Part shown: in pieces, positions 1 through 8,050 of the stretch
Numbering within the stretch: position 1 is the stretch's first letter
Layout of the letters: every line of letters begins with the position of its first letter
Origin: an uncultured Prevotella sp.
GTDB taxonomy: Bacteria > Bacteroidota > Bacteroidia > Bacteroidales > Bacteroidaceae
Reading direction: 5' to 3'
Assembly: GCA_946548065.1 (NCBI GenBank)
Contig: CAMNPM010000007.1
Coordinates: forward strand, 1,012 to 65,011
Length of the DNA: 64,000 nucleotides
The notes under the pieces: generated by a model
The model's input: only the letters and a program-made list of their open reading frames with translations
The model's database searches: none
Told to the model about the DNA's origin: nothing
Translations under genes and position numbers: made by a program

Positions 1-517
1 TAGCCTCGTGGGGCAGCTTCTGGAGCACACGCTCCAGGTCCTCCATGTCGTTGTGCTTGTAGTGCAACTGCTTGGCAAACGAAAGACGACGACCGTCCAC
101 AATAGAAGCGTGGTCGCGATCGTCGCAGATAATATAGTCGTCCTTGCCTACTACCATAGCCAACACGCCCTGGTTGACGCTGAAACCAGTAGAGAAGCAC
201 AGACAATCGTCCTTGCCAATGAATTCTGAAATTTCTTTTTCCAACTGAACGTGCAGGTCGAGTGTGCCGTTGAGGAAACGGCTTCCTGCACAACCTGAGC
301 CATATTTGTCGAGAGCCCGCTTGGCGGCATCGATGATACGCTGGTCGCCAGTGAGTCCTGTATAGGCATTAGAGCCGAACATCAGTACCTTGTGGCCTCC
401 CATTTCAACCTCTGTTCCCTGCTTGCCTTCGATGGCACGGAAATAGGGATAAACGTCAGCCTCCATATACTTCTGCGGCTCACGATAGTGCTTGTACTTT
501 TCTTGTAATTGTCCCAT
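1..517 (-). CDS. spt: PLP-dependent alpha-oxoamine synthase, probably serine palmitoyltransferase (3' end runs off the window)
   Basis: Manual translation from ATG at 517: MGQLQEKYKHYREPQKYMEADVYPYFRAIEG...VLMFGSNAYTGL...GSGCAGSRFLNGTLDLH...DDRDHASIVDG. These are class-II aminotransferase motifs. Missing from the ORF track because it is open at the window edge. Confidence 0.8.
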   Translation of the reverse strand, partial: MGQLQEKYKHYREPQKYMEADVYPYFRAIEGKQGTEVEMGGHKVLMFGSNAYTGLTGDQRIIDAAKRALDKYGSGCAGSRFLNGTLDLHVQLEKEISEFIGKDDCLCFSTGFSVNQGVLAMVVGKDDYIICDDRDHASIVDGRRLSFAKQLHYKHNDMEDLERVLQKLPHEA

Positions 518-626
518 ATTTAATAGGTGTAGTCTTAACTACATTGAGTTTATAGGCTGCAAAGTTACACATTTTTTATGAAATAGTGCAAGAAAAAGCA
601 AAATATTTTGTATTTTTGCAGCGACA

Positions 627-1673
627 ATGAGAAGTATTGAACATATCACATTCATCGTGAACCCAAAATCGGGTACACAGAACAAGGAGAGCATGCCCGC
701 CCAGATAGCCTCGCTGATAGACGGTGAGCGCTTCGAACACGAGGTGGTGTTCACTGAGTATGCCGGCCACGCCACGCAGATAGCCACCCAGTGTGCCAAG
801 CGCGGCGACGACATCGTGGTGGCGGTAGGCGGCGACGGCACAGTGAACGAGGTGGCCCGCGCCCTGGTGCATACTCAGACGGCCCTGGGCATCGTGCCGT
901 GCGGCTCGGGCAACGGGCTGGCCCGACACCTGTGCATCCCGATGGACGTGCAGAAAGCCCTGCGCATCATCAACCAGGCGCAGATAGAGGCTTTCGACTA
1001 TGGGGTCATCAACCAGCAGCCTTTCTTCTGCACCTGCGGCATGGGGTTCGACGCGTTTATATCGCTGAAGTTTGCCGAGGCCGGCAAGCGCGGTCCCATC
1101 ACCTACGTAGAGAACGTGCTGAAGGAGGGACTGAAATACAAGCCCGAGACCTACGAGATCATGGATGATAACGGTACGCAGTCGTACAAGGCTTTCCTCA
1201 TAGCCTGTGCCAACGCGTCGCAATACGGCAACAATGCCTATATCGCCCCCGGTGCAACAATGAAGGACGGACTGATGGATGTCATTATCATGGAACCCTT
1301 CGATGCGCTGGAGGCTCCGCAGATTGCTGCCGACCTGTTTATGAAGACGCTGGGCAACAACTCGAAAATCAAGACGTTCCGCACCAACCACGTGACCATC
1401 CGCCGCAAGGAGCCCGGCGCGATACACTATGACGGCGACCCTATTACGACAAACCGCAACATCGACGTACACATAGAGCATCTGGGCATTCGCATCGTGA
1501 CCAACCCTGAGGCTGCCGAAGACCCGGCACAGCCCAACCAACTGCTGAATGCTTTCAGCGACTTCTTTAATAATATAAATAATGTACGCGAGGACATAGG
1601 CAAGGATATTGAGAAGGGAAGCCGCAGGATACAGGCCATCAACAAGTTGCTGCTGAGGAAACTGAGAAGCTGA
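627..1673 (+). CDS. Diacylglycerol/sphingosine kinase family lipid kinase (YegS/BmrU-like)
   Basis: IVNPKSG, VAVGGDGTVNEV, PCGSGNGLAR, YDGD motifs. Confidence 0.9.
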   Translation: MRSIEHITFIVNPKSGTQNKESMPAQIASLIDGERFEHEVVFTEYAGHATQIATQCAKRGDDIVVAVGGDGTVNEVARALVHTQTALGIVPCGSGNGLARHLCIPMDVQKALRIINQAQIEAFDYGVINQQPFFCTCGMGFDAFISLKFAEAGKRGPITYVENVLKEGLKYKPETYEIMDDNGTQSYKAFLIACANASQYGNNAYIAPGATMKDGLMDVIIMEPFDALEAPQIAADLFMKTLGNNSKIKTFRTNHVTIRRKEPGAIHYDGDPITTNRNIDVHIEHLGIRIVTNPEAAEDPAQPNQLLNAFSDFFNNINNVREDIGKDIEKGSRRIQAINKLLLRKLRS

Positions 1674-1716
1674 GAGGCAATAAGAGCTAAGAATTAAGAG
1701 TAAAGAACAAAGAGGA

Positions 1717-1869
1717 GTGGAAGGTGAGTTATTGATGGTAGTTGCTGTTGTGCTGGCGGCTGTCGGATGGGCTGGTTGGCGCATATTTAGGGTGCTGCGA
1801 GGCGATTCTGACCCCTGTAAACGGTGCGAGCTGAAAAAAAACTGCAAAAAATTTGGTCAGTCCAAATAA
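1717..1869 (+). CDS. Small Cys-rich membrane protein (FeoB-associated Cys-rich type), 50 aa
   Basis: Manual translation: (V/M)EGELLMVVAVVLAAVGWAGWRIFRVLRGDSDPCKRCELKKNCKKFGQSK. One TM helix then CxxC-x5-C. Alternative ATG at 1735. Confidence 0.6.
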   Translation: MEGELLMVVAVVLAAVGWAGWRIFRVLRGDSDPCKRCELKKNCKKFGQSK

Positions 1870-1901
1870 AATGATTACCTTTGCATCCGCAAATTTGATT
1901 T

Positions 1902-1973
1902 GGTGCCTTGGATGAGTGGCTTAGTCAACGGTCTGCAAAACCGTCTACGGCGGTTCGAATCCGCCAGGCACCT
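1902..1973 (+). tRNA. tRNA-Cys (GCA)
   Basis: Acceptor stem GGTGCCT/AGGCACC, anticodon arm ACGGT-CTGCAAA-ACCGT, T loop GGTTCGAATCC; TACCTTTG promoter box just upstream. Confidence 0.97.
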
Positions 1974-1984
1974 CTCAAAAAAAG

Positions 1985-2018
1985 AAAACTCTCAGACGCA
2001 ACGTCTGAGAGTTTTTTT
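1985..2018. terminator. Bidirectional intrinsic terminator between tRNA-Cys and pgm
   Basis: AAAACTCTCAGACG-CAA-CGTCTGAGAGTTTT with A and T tracts on both sides. Confidence 0.85.
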
Positions 2019-2038
2019 GATGCCTTACCTTGAAGCTC

Positions 2039-3784
2039 TTAAAGGTTGAGACTCTTCTTGATAGCTTCGATGCGCTCCAAGGCTGCATTGGTGCAACGCT
2101 CATAGCATCCGGCACACTTGAAGGAAGGATCCTTGATTTCGCAGTAGAACTTGATCTTAGGCTCAGTACCAGAAGGACGTACGCTGATCTTGGTACCATC
2201 CTCGCAGAACCACTGCAGCACGTTGGCCGTGGTGGGCATGTTGATCTTCTCCACCCTGCCGTCGGCATACTTGGCCTCCAGCGTCTGATAGTCCTTCCAC
2301 AGGCAGATAGGAGCACCACCCAGTTCCTTGGGAGGATTGTTACGGAAGTCGGCCATCATCTGCTTAATCTCGTCGGCACCGCTCTTGCCGGGCTTCACCA
2401 CGTTGATGGTGACCTCCTTCGAGAAGCCATACTCGGCATAGATGTCCATCAGCAGGTCGTAGAGTGTCTTGCCGTTATCCTTGGCCCAGGCTGCAATCTC
2501 GCAGATGAGGCAGATAGATGCGGGGGAGTCCTTGTCGCGAACCTTGTCGAAGGGCAGGAAGCCGAAGCTCTCCTCGCCACCGCCAATATACTTCTTCTTG
2601 CCCTCAGAGATGCGGATCTCGTTGGCAATCCACTTGAAGCCGGTATAGCAGTCGCGCAGCTCTACGCCATTCTTCTTGGCAATCTCGGCAATGACCTCGG
2701 TGGTGACGATGGTCTTCACCAGGAACTCGTTGCCCTTGAGCTGGCCAAGCTTCTTCTTGTTGGCGATGATATACCATGAGAACATCATACAGGTCTGGTT
2801 GCCGTTCAGGATCTCCCACTCGCCCTTCGGGTTGCGGCAGACGATGGCCAGACGGTCGGCATCGGGGTCGGAGGCAATCACGAGGTCGGCATTGAGGCGT
2901 GTACCAAGCTTCATGCCCAGGGTCATAGCCTCAGCATTCTCGGGGTTGGGGCTGACGACGGTGGGGAAGTTGCCGTCGATAACCATCTGCTCAGGCACTA
3001 CATGGATGTTCTGGAATCCCCAAGAGCGCAGAGCCTCTGGAATGATGACGCGACCCGTTCCGTGCATGGGCGAATAGACGATGTTAAGGTCTTTGTGGCG
3101 CAGGATGACATCCTGGTCGACCATAGCTTCCTTGACAGCCTGCAGGTAGTCCCAGTCCATCTCGCCACCGATAATCTCGATAAGCTCCTTGTTGCCCTCG
3201 AACTTGACATCCTCAATCTTCACCTTGTTCACCTCGTCGATGATACCCTTGTCGTGTGGAGCCAGCACCTGAGCACCGTCGTCCCAGTAGGCCTTGTAGC
3301 CGTTGTACTCGCGGGGATTGTGTGAGGCGGTGACGTTGACACCGGCCTGAGCCCCCAGCTGACGGATGGCGAACGAGATTTCAGGAGTGGGTCGCAGGCT
3401 CTCGAAGAGATAAACCTTGATGCCGTTGGCCGAGAAGATGTCGGCTACCGACTCGGCAAACATGCGTCCGTTGTTGCGGCAGTCGTGTCCCACCACTACA
3501 GAGCACTGCTTGCCGGGGAATGCCTTGAGGATGTAGTTGGCAAATCCCTGAGTGGCCATACCTACGATGTACTTGTTCATGCGGTTGGTTCCGGCACCCA
3601 TGATGCCGCGCAGACCACCGGTACCGAACTCGAGGTCCTGATAGAAAGCATCGATGAGAGCGGTTTTGTCAGGATTGTCCAACATAGCCTGAACTTCCTT
3701 GCGTGTCTCCTCGTCAAAGGCTGGAGAGAGCCATTCTTTTGCACGTGCTTCGCACTGAGCAATAAGCTGAGCGTTATTTTCCAT
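2039..3784 (-). CDS. pgm: Phosphoglucomutase/phosphomannomutase
   Basis: FGTGGLRG, TASHNP phosphoserine loop, DPDADR metal loop, GEES, RPSGTEPKIK. Confidence 0.95.
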   Translation of the reverse strand: MENNAQLIAQCEARAKEWLSPAFDEETRKEVQAMLDNPDKTALIDAFYQDLEFGTGGLRGIMGAGTNRMNKYIVGMATQGFANYILKAFPGKQCSVVVGHDCRNNGRMFAESVADIFSANGIKVYLFESLRPTPEISFAIRQLGAQAGVNVTASHNPREYNGYKAYWDDGAQVLAPHDKGIIDEVNKVKIEDVKFEGNKELIEIIGGEMDWDYLQAVKEAMVDQDVILRHKDLNIVYSPMHGTGRVIIPEALRSWGFQNIHVVPEQMVIDGNFPTVVSPNPENAEAMTLGMKLGTRLNADLVIASDPDADRLAIVCRNPKGEWEILNGNQTCMMFSWYIIANKKKLGQLKGNEFLVKTIVTTEVIAEIAKKNGVELRDCYTGFKWIANEIRISEGKKKYIGGGEESFGFLPFDKVRDKDSPASICLICEIAAWAKDNGKTLYDLLMDIYAEYGFSKEVTINVVKPGKSGADEIKQMMADFRNNPPKELGGAPICLWKDYQTLEAKYADGRVEKINMPTTANVLQWFCEDGTKISVRPSGTEPKIKFYCEIKDPSFKCAGCYERCTNAALERIEAIKKSLNL

Positions 3785-3900
3785 AAATTTAAATTAGTAA
3801 TTAGTTTTAGATACAATCATATTTATTACGCAAAGATACTGACTTTCTTGCAAAAATCAGTATCTCAGCATCACATTTTTATATTTTTTAATTATTTAGA

Positions 3901-5136
3901 TTATTTCATCTTCCTCATCATCTTGTCAATCTTGTCGAACTGTCGCCCCATATTCAGGTTGAAATAGATGCGGTAAAGTGCAGGTGCCCACCGGCGCTGG
4001 TCGTCAGGAGCCAGCCGCTGATAGTTCTCCATATAGGGTCGTGCCAGCTGGTAGAGCTGTTGCAGACGGTCGCGGTTGCGGCGAGGTTCGTTCTGCTCCT
4101 CCAGCATCAGGGCTTTGTTCAGATAGACCATTGCTATATTATAATAAGGTTCGGGCAGGGTGTCGTTCAGCTCGATAAGACGCTGGCTGGTGGCGATGCA
4201 CGAGTTGTCCTGATTGAGGTTGAGCTGGGCCACCGACTTGGCCAGCAGGAAGAGCTGATTGTCGGGATTGACCTTCAGTCCGCGGTCGGCAATGGCCAGT
4301 ACGGAGTCGGGCATCATGTGGGCCGTGTACCAGTCGGCCAGACGGGGGAAGAAGTATGGATGCTGCGGAAACTCGCTCATGCCGAGGCGCAGGGTGGCCA
4401 CCATGGCCGAGTCCTGGTCGAACCTGTGGTCAGCCAGGTAGGCCGAGTCCTTGGGCCAGCGATAGGCCTCGCACATATATTGAAGCACATATTCGCGCTT
4501 TGACGAATCGCGCAAGGCCACATCGGCATAGCGCAAGACAGAGTCTGGACGCTGCAGCATATATCCGCTCAGCGTAGCCCAGTAGGCAACCTGTGGCATG
4601 ATGCTGTCGCGGACACCGTAGTCATAGCCGCTGAAGAGGGGTTGGCTGCCAGTGTCGAGATAGGTGCTGAAGAATCCGTAGGACTTGTCGTAGTCGGCCT
4701 TGCGATACTGATAGATACCGCCGCTGTAGAGGTTATGGCGCAGGACATTGAGCTGTTCAGCATGACGCTTGCGATAGTCGGGGCGCACCCTACCCTTCTT
4801 GTCGGGACGGGCATCGACGGAGTCGAGCGACTCGGCCACCTGGTACATACGCCGTATCAGACCAAAGAACTGGGCCGTGTCGTACTTCTGCTTCAGATAC
4901 AGCTTCTCGTTGGCAGCCTCGTACTGGGCCACTACCGAACGATACCACATGAGATATATCTTCTTATTGGCACGATGCTCGGGATTCTGTAGAAGACCGA
5001 CCATCAGCTTCTCGGCCTTGTCGAAATCCTTGCCGCTCTTGAGATAGGCCTCAGCCTGGTTGAGTTCCTTCTTCTGCGCTGCAGCACACAGGGCGAGCAA
5101 CAAGCTACAAATAATGGTGATTATCCTTATCTTCAT
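3901..5136 (-). CDS. Exported tetratricopeptide-repeat protein
   Basis: N-terminal signal peptide; helical TPR-like repeats (e.g. PYYNIAMVYLN). Confidence 0.7.
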   Translation of the reverse strand: MKIRIITIICSLLLALCAAAQKKELNQAEAYLKSGKDFDKAEKLMVGLLQNPEHRANKKIYLMWYRSVVAQYEAANEKLYLKQKYDTAQFFGLIRRMYQVAESLDSVDARPDKKGRVRPDYRKRHAEQLNVLRHNLYSGGIYQYRKADYDKSYGFFSTYLDTGSQPLFSGYDYGVRDSIMPQVAYWATLSGYMLQRPDSVLRYADVALRDSSKREYVLQYMCEAYRWPKDSAYLADHRFDQDSAMVATLRLGMSEFPQHPYFFPRLADWYTAHMMPDSVLAIADRGLKVNPDNQLFLLAKSVAQLNLNQDNSCIATSQRLIELNDTLPEPYYNIAMVYLNKALMLEEQNEPRRNRDRLQQLYQLARPYMENYQRLAPDDQRRWAPALYRIYFNLNMGRQFDKIDKMMRKMK

Positions 5137-5271
5137 ACCTTAATATTGATTCATAAAAACAGTCTGCAAAGTTAATGCAAATTGCGGAAATAAAAAAATA
5201 AATTGAAATTAATTTTGCATTTCGAGTACTTATTCGTACCTTTGCAAAAGAATTAAGACAAGACAAACCGC

Positions 5272-8028
5272 ATGAGATATTTATGTCTTACGTTAGTCCT
5301 ATGGCTGGCCTTGGTCTTGGGTGTGCAAGCACAGCAGCAGGGAAATGATTCCAGAGTCTATTCAGCGGAACACCCGCTGATATATGAGGACGTGTGGGAC
5401 TTATGGCCCTACTCCTACCTCAACGAGCGCGGTGAGCCCGAAGGGTTCAACGTAGACCTGATACGGCTGCTGATGAAAGAACTAGACATTCCCTTTGCCA
5501 TCAAGATGAAGCCCTCGGCAGAAGCCTTCCGCGACTTGAAGGAAGGCAAGTCGGACCTGATGCTGGGACTGGCAGTGGGCTTCCACGACGAGTTCGGCCA
5601 CTACTCGAAGAATGCCGTGACGCTGTTCACCCAGAGCCTGGTGCGTCCGAAGTCTATGCCGCTAAGGATACAGCGCTTCCACGACCTGAGCAAGGAACAG
5701 GTGACGGTGAACGACAGTTCGCTGGCCCACCACCTGATGATAGAATACGGCTGGGGCATGAACGCCAAGCCCGTGGAGGACATGCGTGAGGCTATCCAGC
5801 AGGTGAGTGCAACAGGCGAGGGACAGATACTCTGGAACACGCTATCGCTGAAGTGGCTGATGCGCAGATACCATACAGACAATCTGGAGCTGACACCCGT
5901 CAACATGCAGCACGGACAGTATAAGTTCATGTCGAACGACACCCGTTTGCTGGAGCTGCTTGACAAGACCTATACACAGCTCTATGCCGAGGGAAGGATT
6001 ACACCCCTGCAGGACAAGTGGTTCTACCCGGAGCGCGAGGAGCAGTTTGCGGAGCCTTGGATGTGGTACACTATCGGCATCATCGCCCTGGTGTTGCTGC
6101 TGATGAGCATCTACGGCATTACCTACCGTGTGCAGGCCCGCCGTCTGACACAACTGAACCAGAAAAACAACAAGCGGCTGGCACTGATCATGGAAACCAG
6201 CCATGTGCACATCTGGACCTACAACGTCAAGACCCACCAGTTTGCCTGGCGCAACGAGAAGGGACAGGTGACTTACGAATACTCGATGGAGGAGTTCTCG
6301 CAGCGCTATGCCCCAGAGGACTTCCTGAAGCTGAGGGACGCGCTGGACCAGCTGACGCGACAGCAGAAAGACCAGCAGAAGGACATCGTGCTGGAGCTGA
6401 AGGCCAAAGACAGTGAGGAAGGCGACACGGAGATACGCGACTATTATATTGTGCTCTCCGTGCTGGAGCGCGACAAAGACGGCAACACCGCCATTATCCT
6501 GGGCACCAAGAAAGACGTCACCGAAGAGCGCCGCCAGCAGCGTCTGTCGGACGAGCGCACACTGCGCTACTGGTCGATATTCTACACGCCAATGGTGGGC
6601 ATCGTGCTCTTCAACAAAGCAGGAGAGCTGGTGAACATCAATCCCAAGGCCTGCGAACTGTTCAAATGCGACGCAGAGGAAATCATCGACCGCCACCCCA
6701 CTATGGACAACCTGTTCCAAACAGGCAGTCTGAAACCAGAAGAGGCCGACGGATTCCACTCTGCCTTGACAGGAACCACCTGTATGGAATATCAGCTGAT
6801 GACCGTACAGGACGACTCCAACGAACTGCTGGGCGTGTTTGCCATCTGTCAGGACATGAGCTTGCGCATCAAAGGCATGAGACAGCAGCAGCAGGAGAAG
6901 CAACAGTTAGAGGACGTACGGCAGGTGCTGCAGGAATACGACAAAAACATTGCGTACGTGCTGAGCCAGCCCGACTTAAGACTCGTCAGTTATTCACCCA
7001 CAGAACATCTGCTGACCATCTTCCGCACCAGCGACCAAGTACAGCATGCCCTGACGCAGACACGCTGCATGACGCTGGTGGACGACCGTTCGAAAAAGGT
7101 GGCCATGCGCATGTTGAACGACATGGATGACAGGCAGGACAAAGACATACAGGCACATATACACACCACCCTGCGCACCAAAGGGCTACAGCTATGCATG
7201 GACTTCGACCTGATGCCCATACACGACGGACAAGGCAGCGTGACCGAATACTGGGGACTGCTGAGAGACCTTAGCGAACGCTGCTCGATGACCATGCAGA
7301 CAGAACGGCTGATGGCCAAGGTACAGGAGGTGGAGCAAACGAAGAACAGCTTCGTGAAAAACATGATCCAGGAAATCAAGATTCCCATGGACACCGTGAC
7401 CAGCTACGTGGCACAGCTGGGCGACACCCAGCCGGCAGAGGGCGAAGAGGCTATGAGGCAGGGAATACTCGAAAACTCGGACTATCTGCTGCACCTGATA
7501 GACAACATCCTATACCTGTCGAGGCTGGAGGCACACATGGTGGAGATTCGCCGTCAGCCGTGCGACTTTGCCGAGGTGTTCGAGTCGCTGTGCGCCAAAG
7601 GATGGACCAGATACCAAAACAGCGAAACGCGCTATGTGGTAGAAAGTCCCTATTCGCAACTCACCGTGGACATAGACCCGGAGAATCTGGGACATGCCTT
7701 GGAACAGCTGACAGCCAATGCCGCACAGCACACCCGCCAAGGTGTGGTGAAGGCACGTTACGAGTATATCGGACGACGACTCATCATCTCGGTGGATGAC
7801 ACCGGTGAGGGCATCCCTTCCGAAGCACTGAAACAACTGCAAGAGCGCGACAACAGCAAAGCCCACCCCTCCAAGGGACTGGGACTGGCTATCTGTCAGG
7901 AACTGGTGAAGCAGATGGACGGCACCATCGACATCAACTCGGAGGTGGGTTCAGGCACTACCGTCTACATCACCATACCTTGCACAGCAACGGCACTCAA
8001 GCGAAAGGCCATCACGACCAGCGCATAA
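5272..8028 (+). CDS. Periplasmic substrate-binding domain + PAS-like + histidine-kinase-like protein with degenerate H-box (pseudokinase candidate)
   Basis: Signal peptide, SBP-family-3-like domain (WPYSYLNERGEPEGFNVDLI), TM helix; HisKA region reads FVKNMIQEIKIPM (Q in place of H); N-box, DDTGEGI and GLGL retained. Confidence 0.8.
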   Translation: MRYLCLTLVLWLALVLGVQAQQQGNDSRVYSAEHPLIYEDVWDLWPYSYLNERGEPEGFNVDLIRLLMKELDIPFAIKMKPSAEAFRDLKEGKSDLMLGLAVGFHDEFGHYSKNAVTLFTQSLVRPKSMPLRIQRFHDLSKEQVTVNDSSLAHHLMIEYGWGMNAKPVEDMREAIQQVSATGEGQILWNTLSLKWLMRRYHTDNLELTPVNMQHGQYKFMSNDTRLLELLDKTYTQLYAEGRITPLQDKWFYPEREEQFAEPWMWYTIGIIALVLLLMSIYGITYRVQARRLTQLNQKNNKRLALIMETSHVHIWTYNVKTHQFAWRNEKGQVTYEYSMEEFSQRYAPEDFLKLRDALDQLTRQQKDQQKDIVLELKAKDSEEGDTEIRDYYIVLSVLERDKDGNTAIILGTKKDVTEERRQQRLSDERTLRYWSIFYTPMVGIVLFNKAGELVNINPKACELFKCDAEEIIDRHPTMDNLFQTGSLKPEEADGFHSALTGTTCMEYQLMTVQDDSNELLGVFAICQDMSLRIKGMRQQQQEKQQLEDVRQVLQEYDKNIAYVLSQPDLRLVSYSPTEHLLTIFRTSDQVQHALTQTRCMTLVDDRSKKVAMRMLNDMDDRQDKDIQAHIHTTLRTKGLQLCMDFDLMPIHDGQGSVTEYWGLLRDLSERCSMTMQTERLMAKVQEVEQTKNSFVKNMIQEIKIPMDTVTSYVAQLGDTQPAEGEEAMRQGILENSDYLLHLIDNILYLSRLEAHMVEIRRQPCDFAEVFESLCAKGWTRYQNSETRYVVESPYSQLTVDIDPENLGHALEQLTANAAQHTRQGVVKARYEYIGRRLIISVDDTGEGIPSEALKQLQERDNSKAHPSKGLGLAICQELVKQMDGTIDINSEVGSGTTVYITIPCTATALKRKAITTSA

Positions 8029-8050
8029 CCAACAAAACGAGCTAAGAAGA

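Noticed and set aside
576-1847. 423-aa minus-strand ORF and similar long antisense ORFs (e.g. 8888-10411, 14157-15344, 24194-25222, 39911-40888, 42862-44040)
   Set aside because: Antisense shadows of well-supported genes, expected from GC-rich third codon positions; no recognisable motifs
1902-2040. tRNA-Cys as an integration site
   Set aside because: No integrase nearby and no duplicated tRNA 3' end noticed in the window
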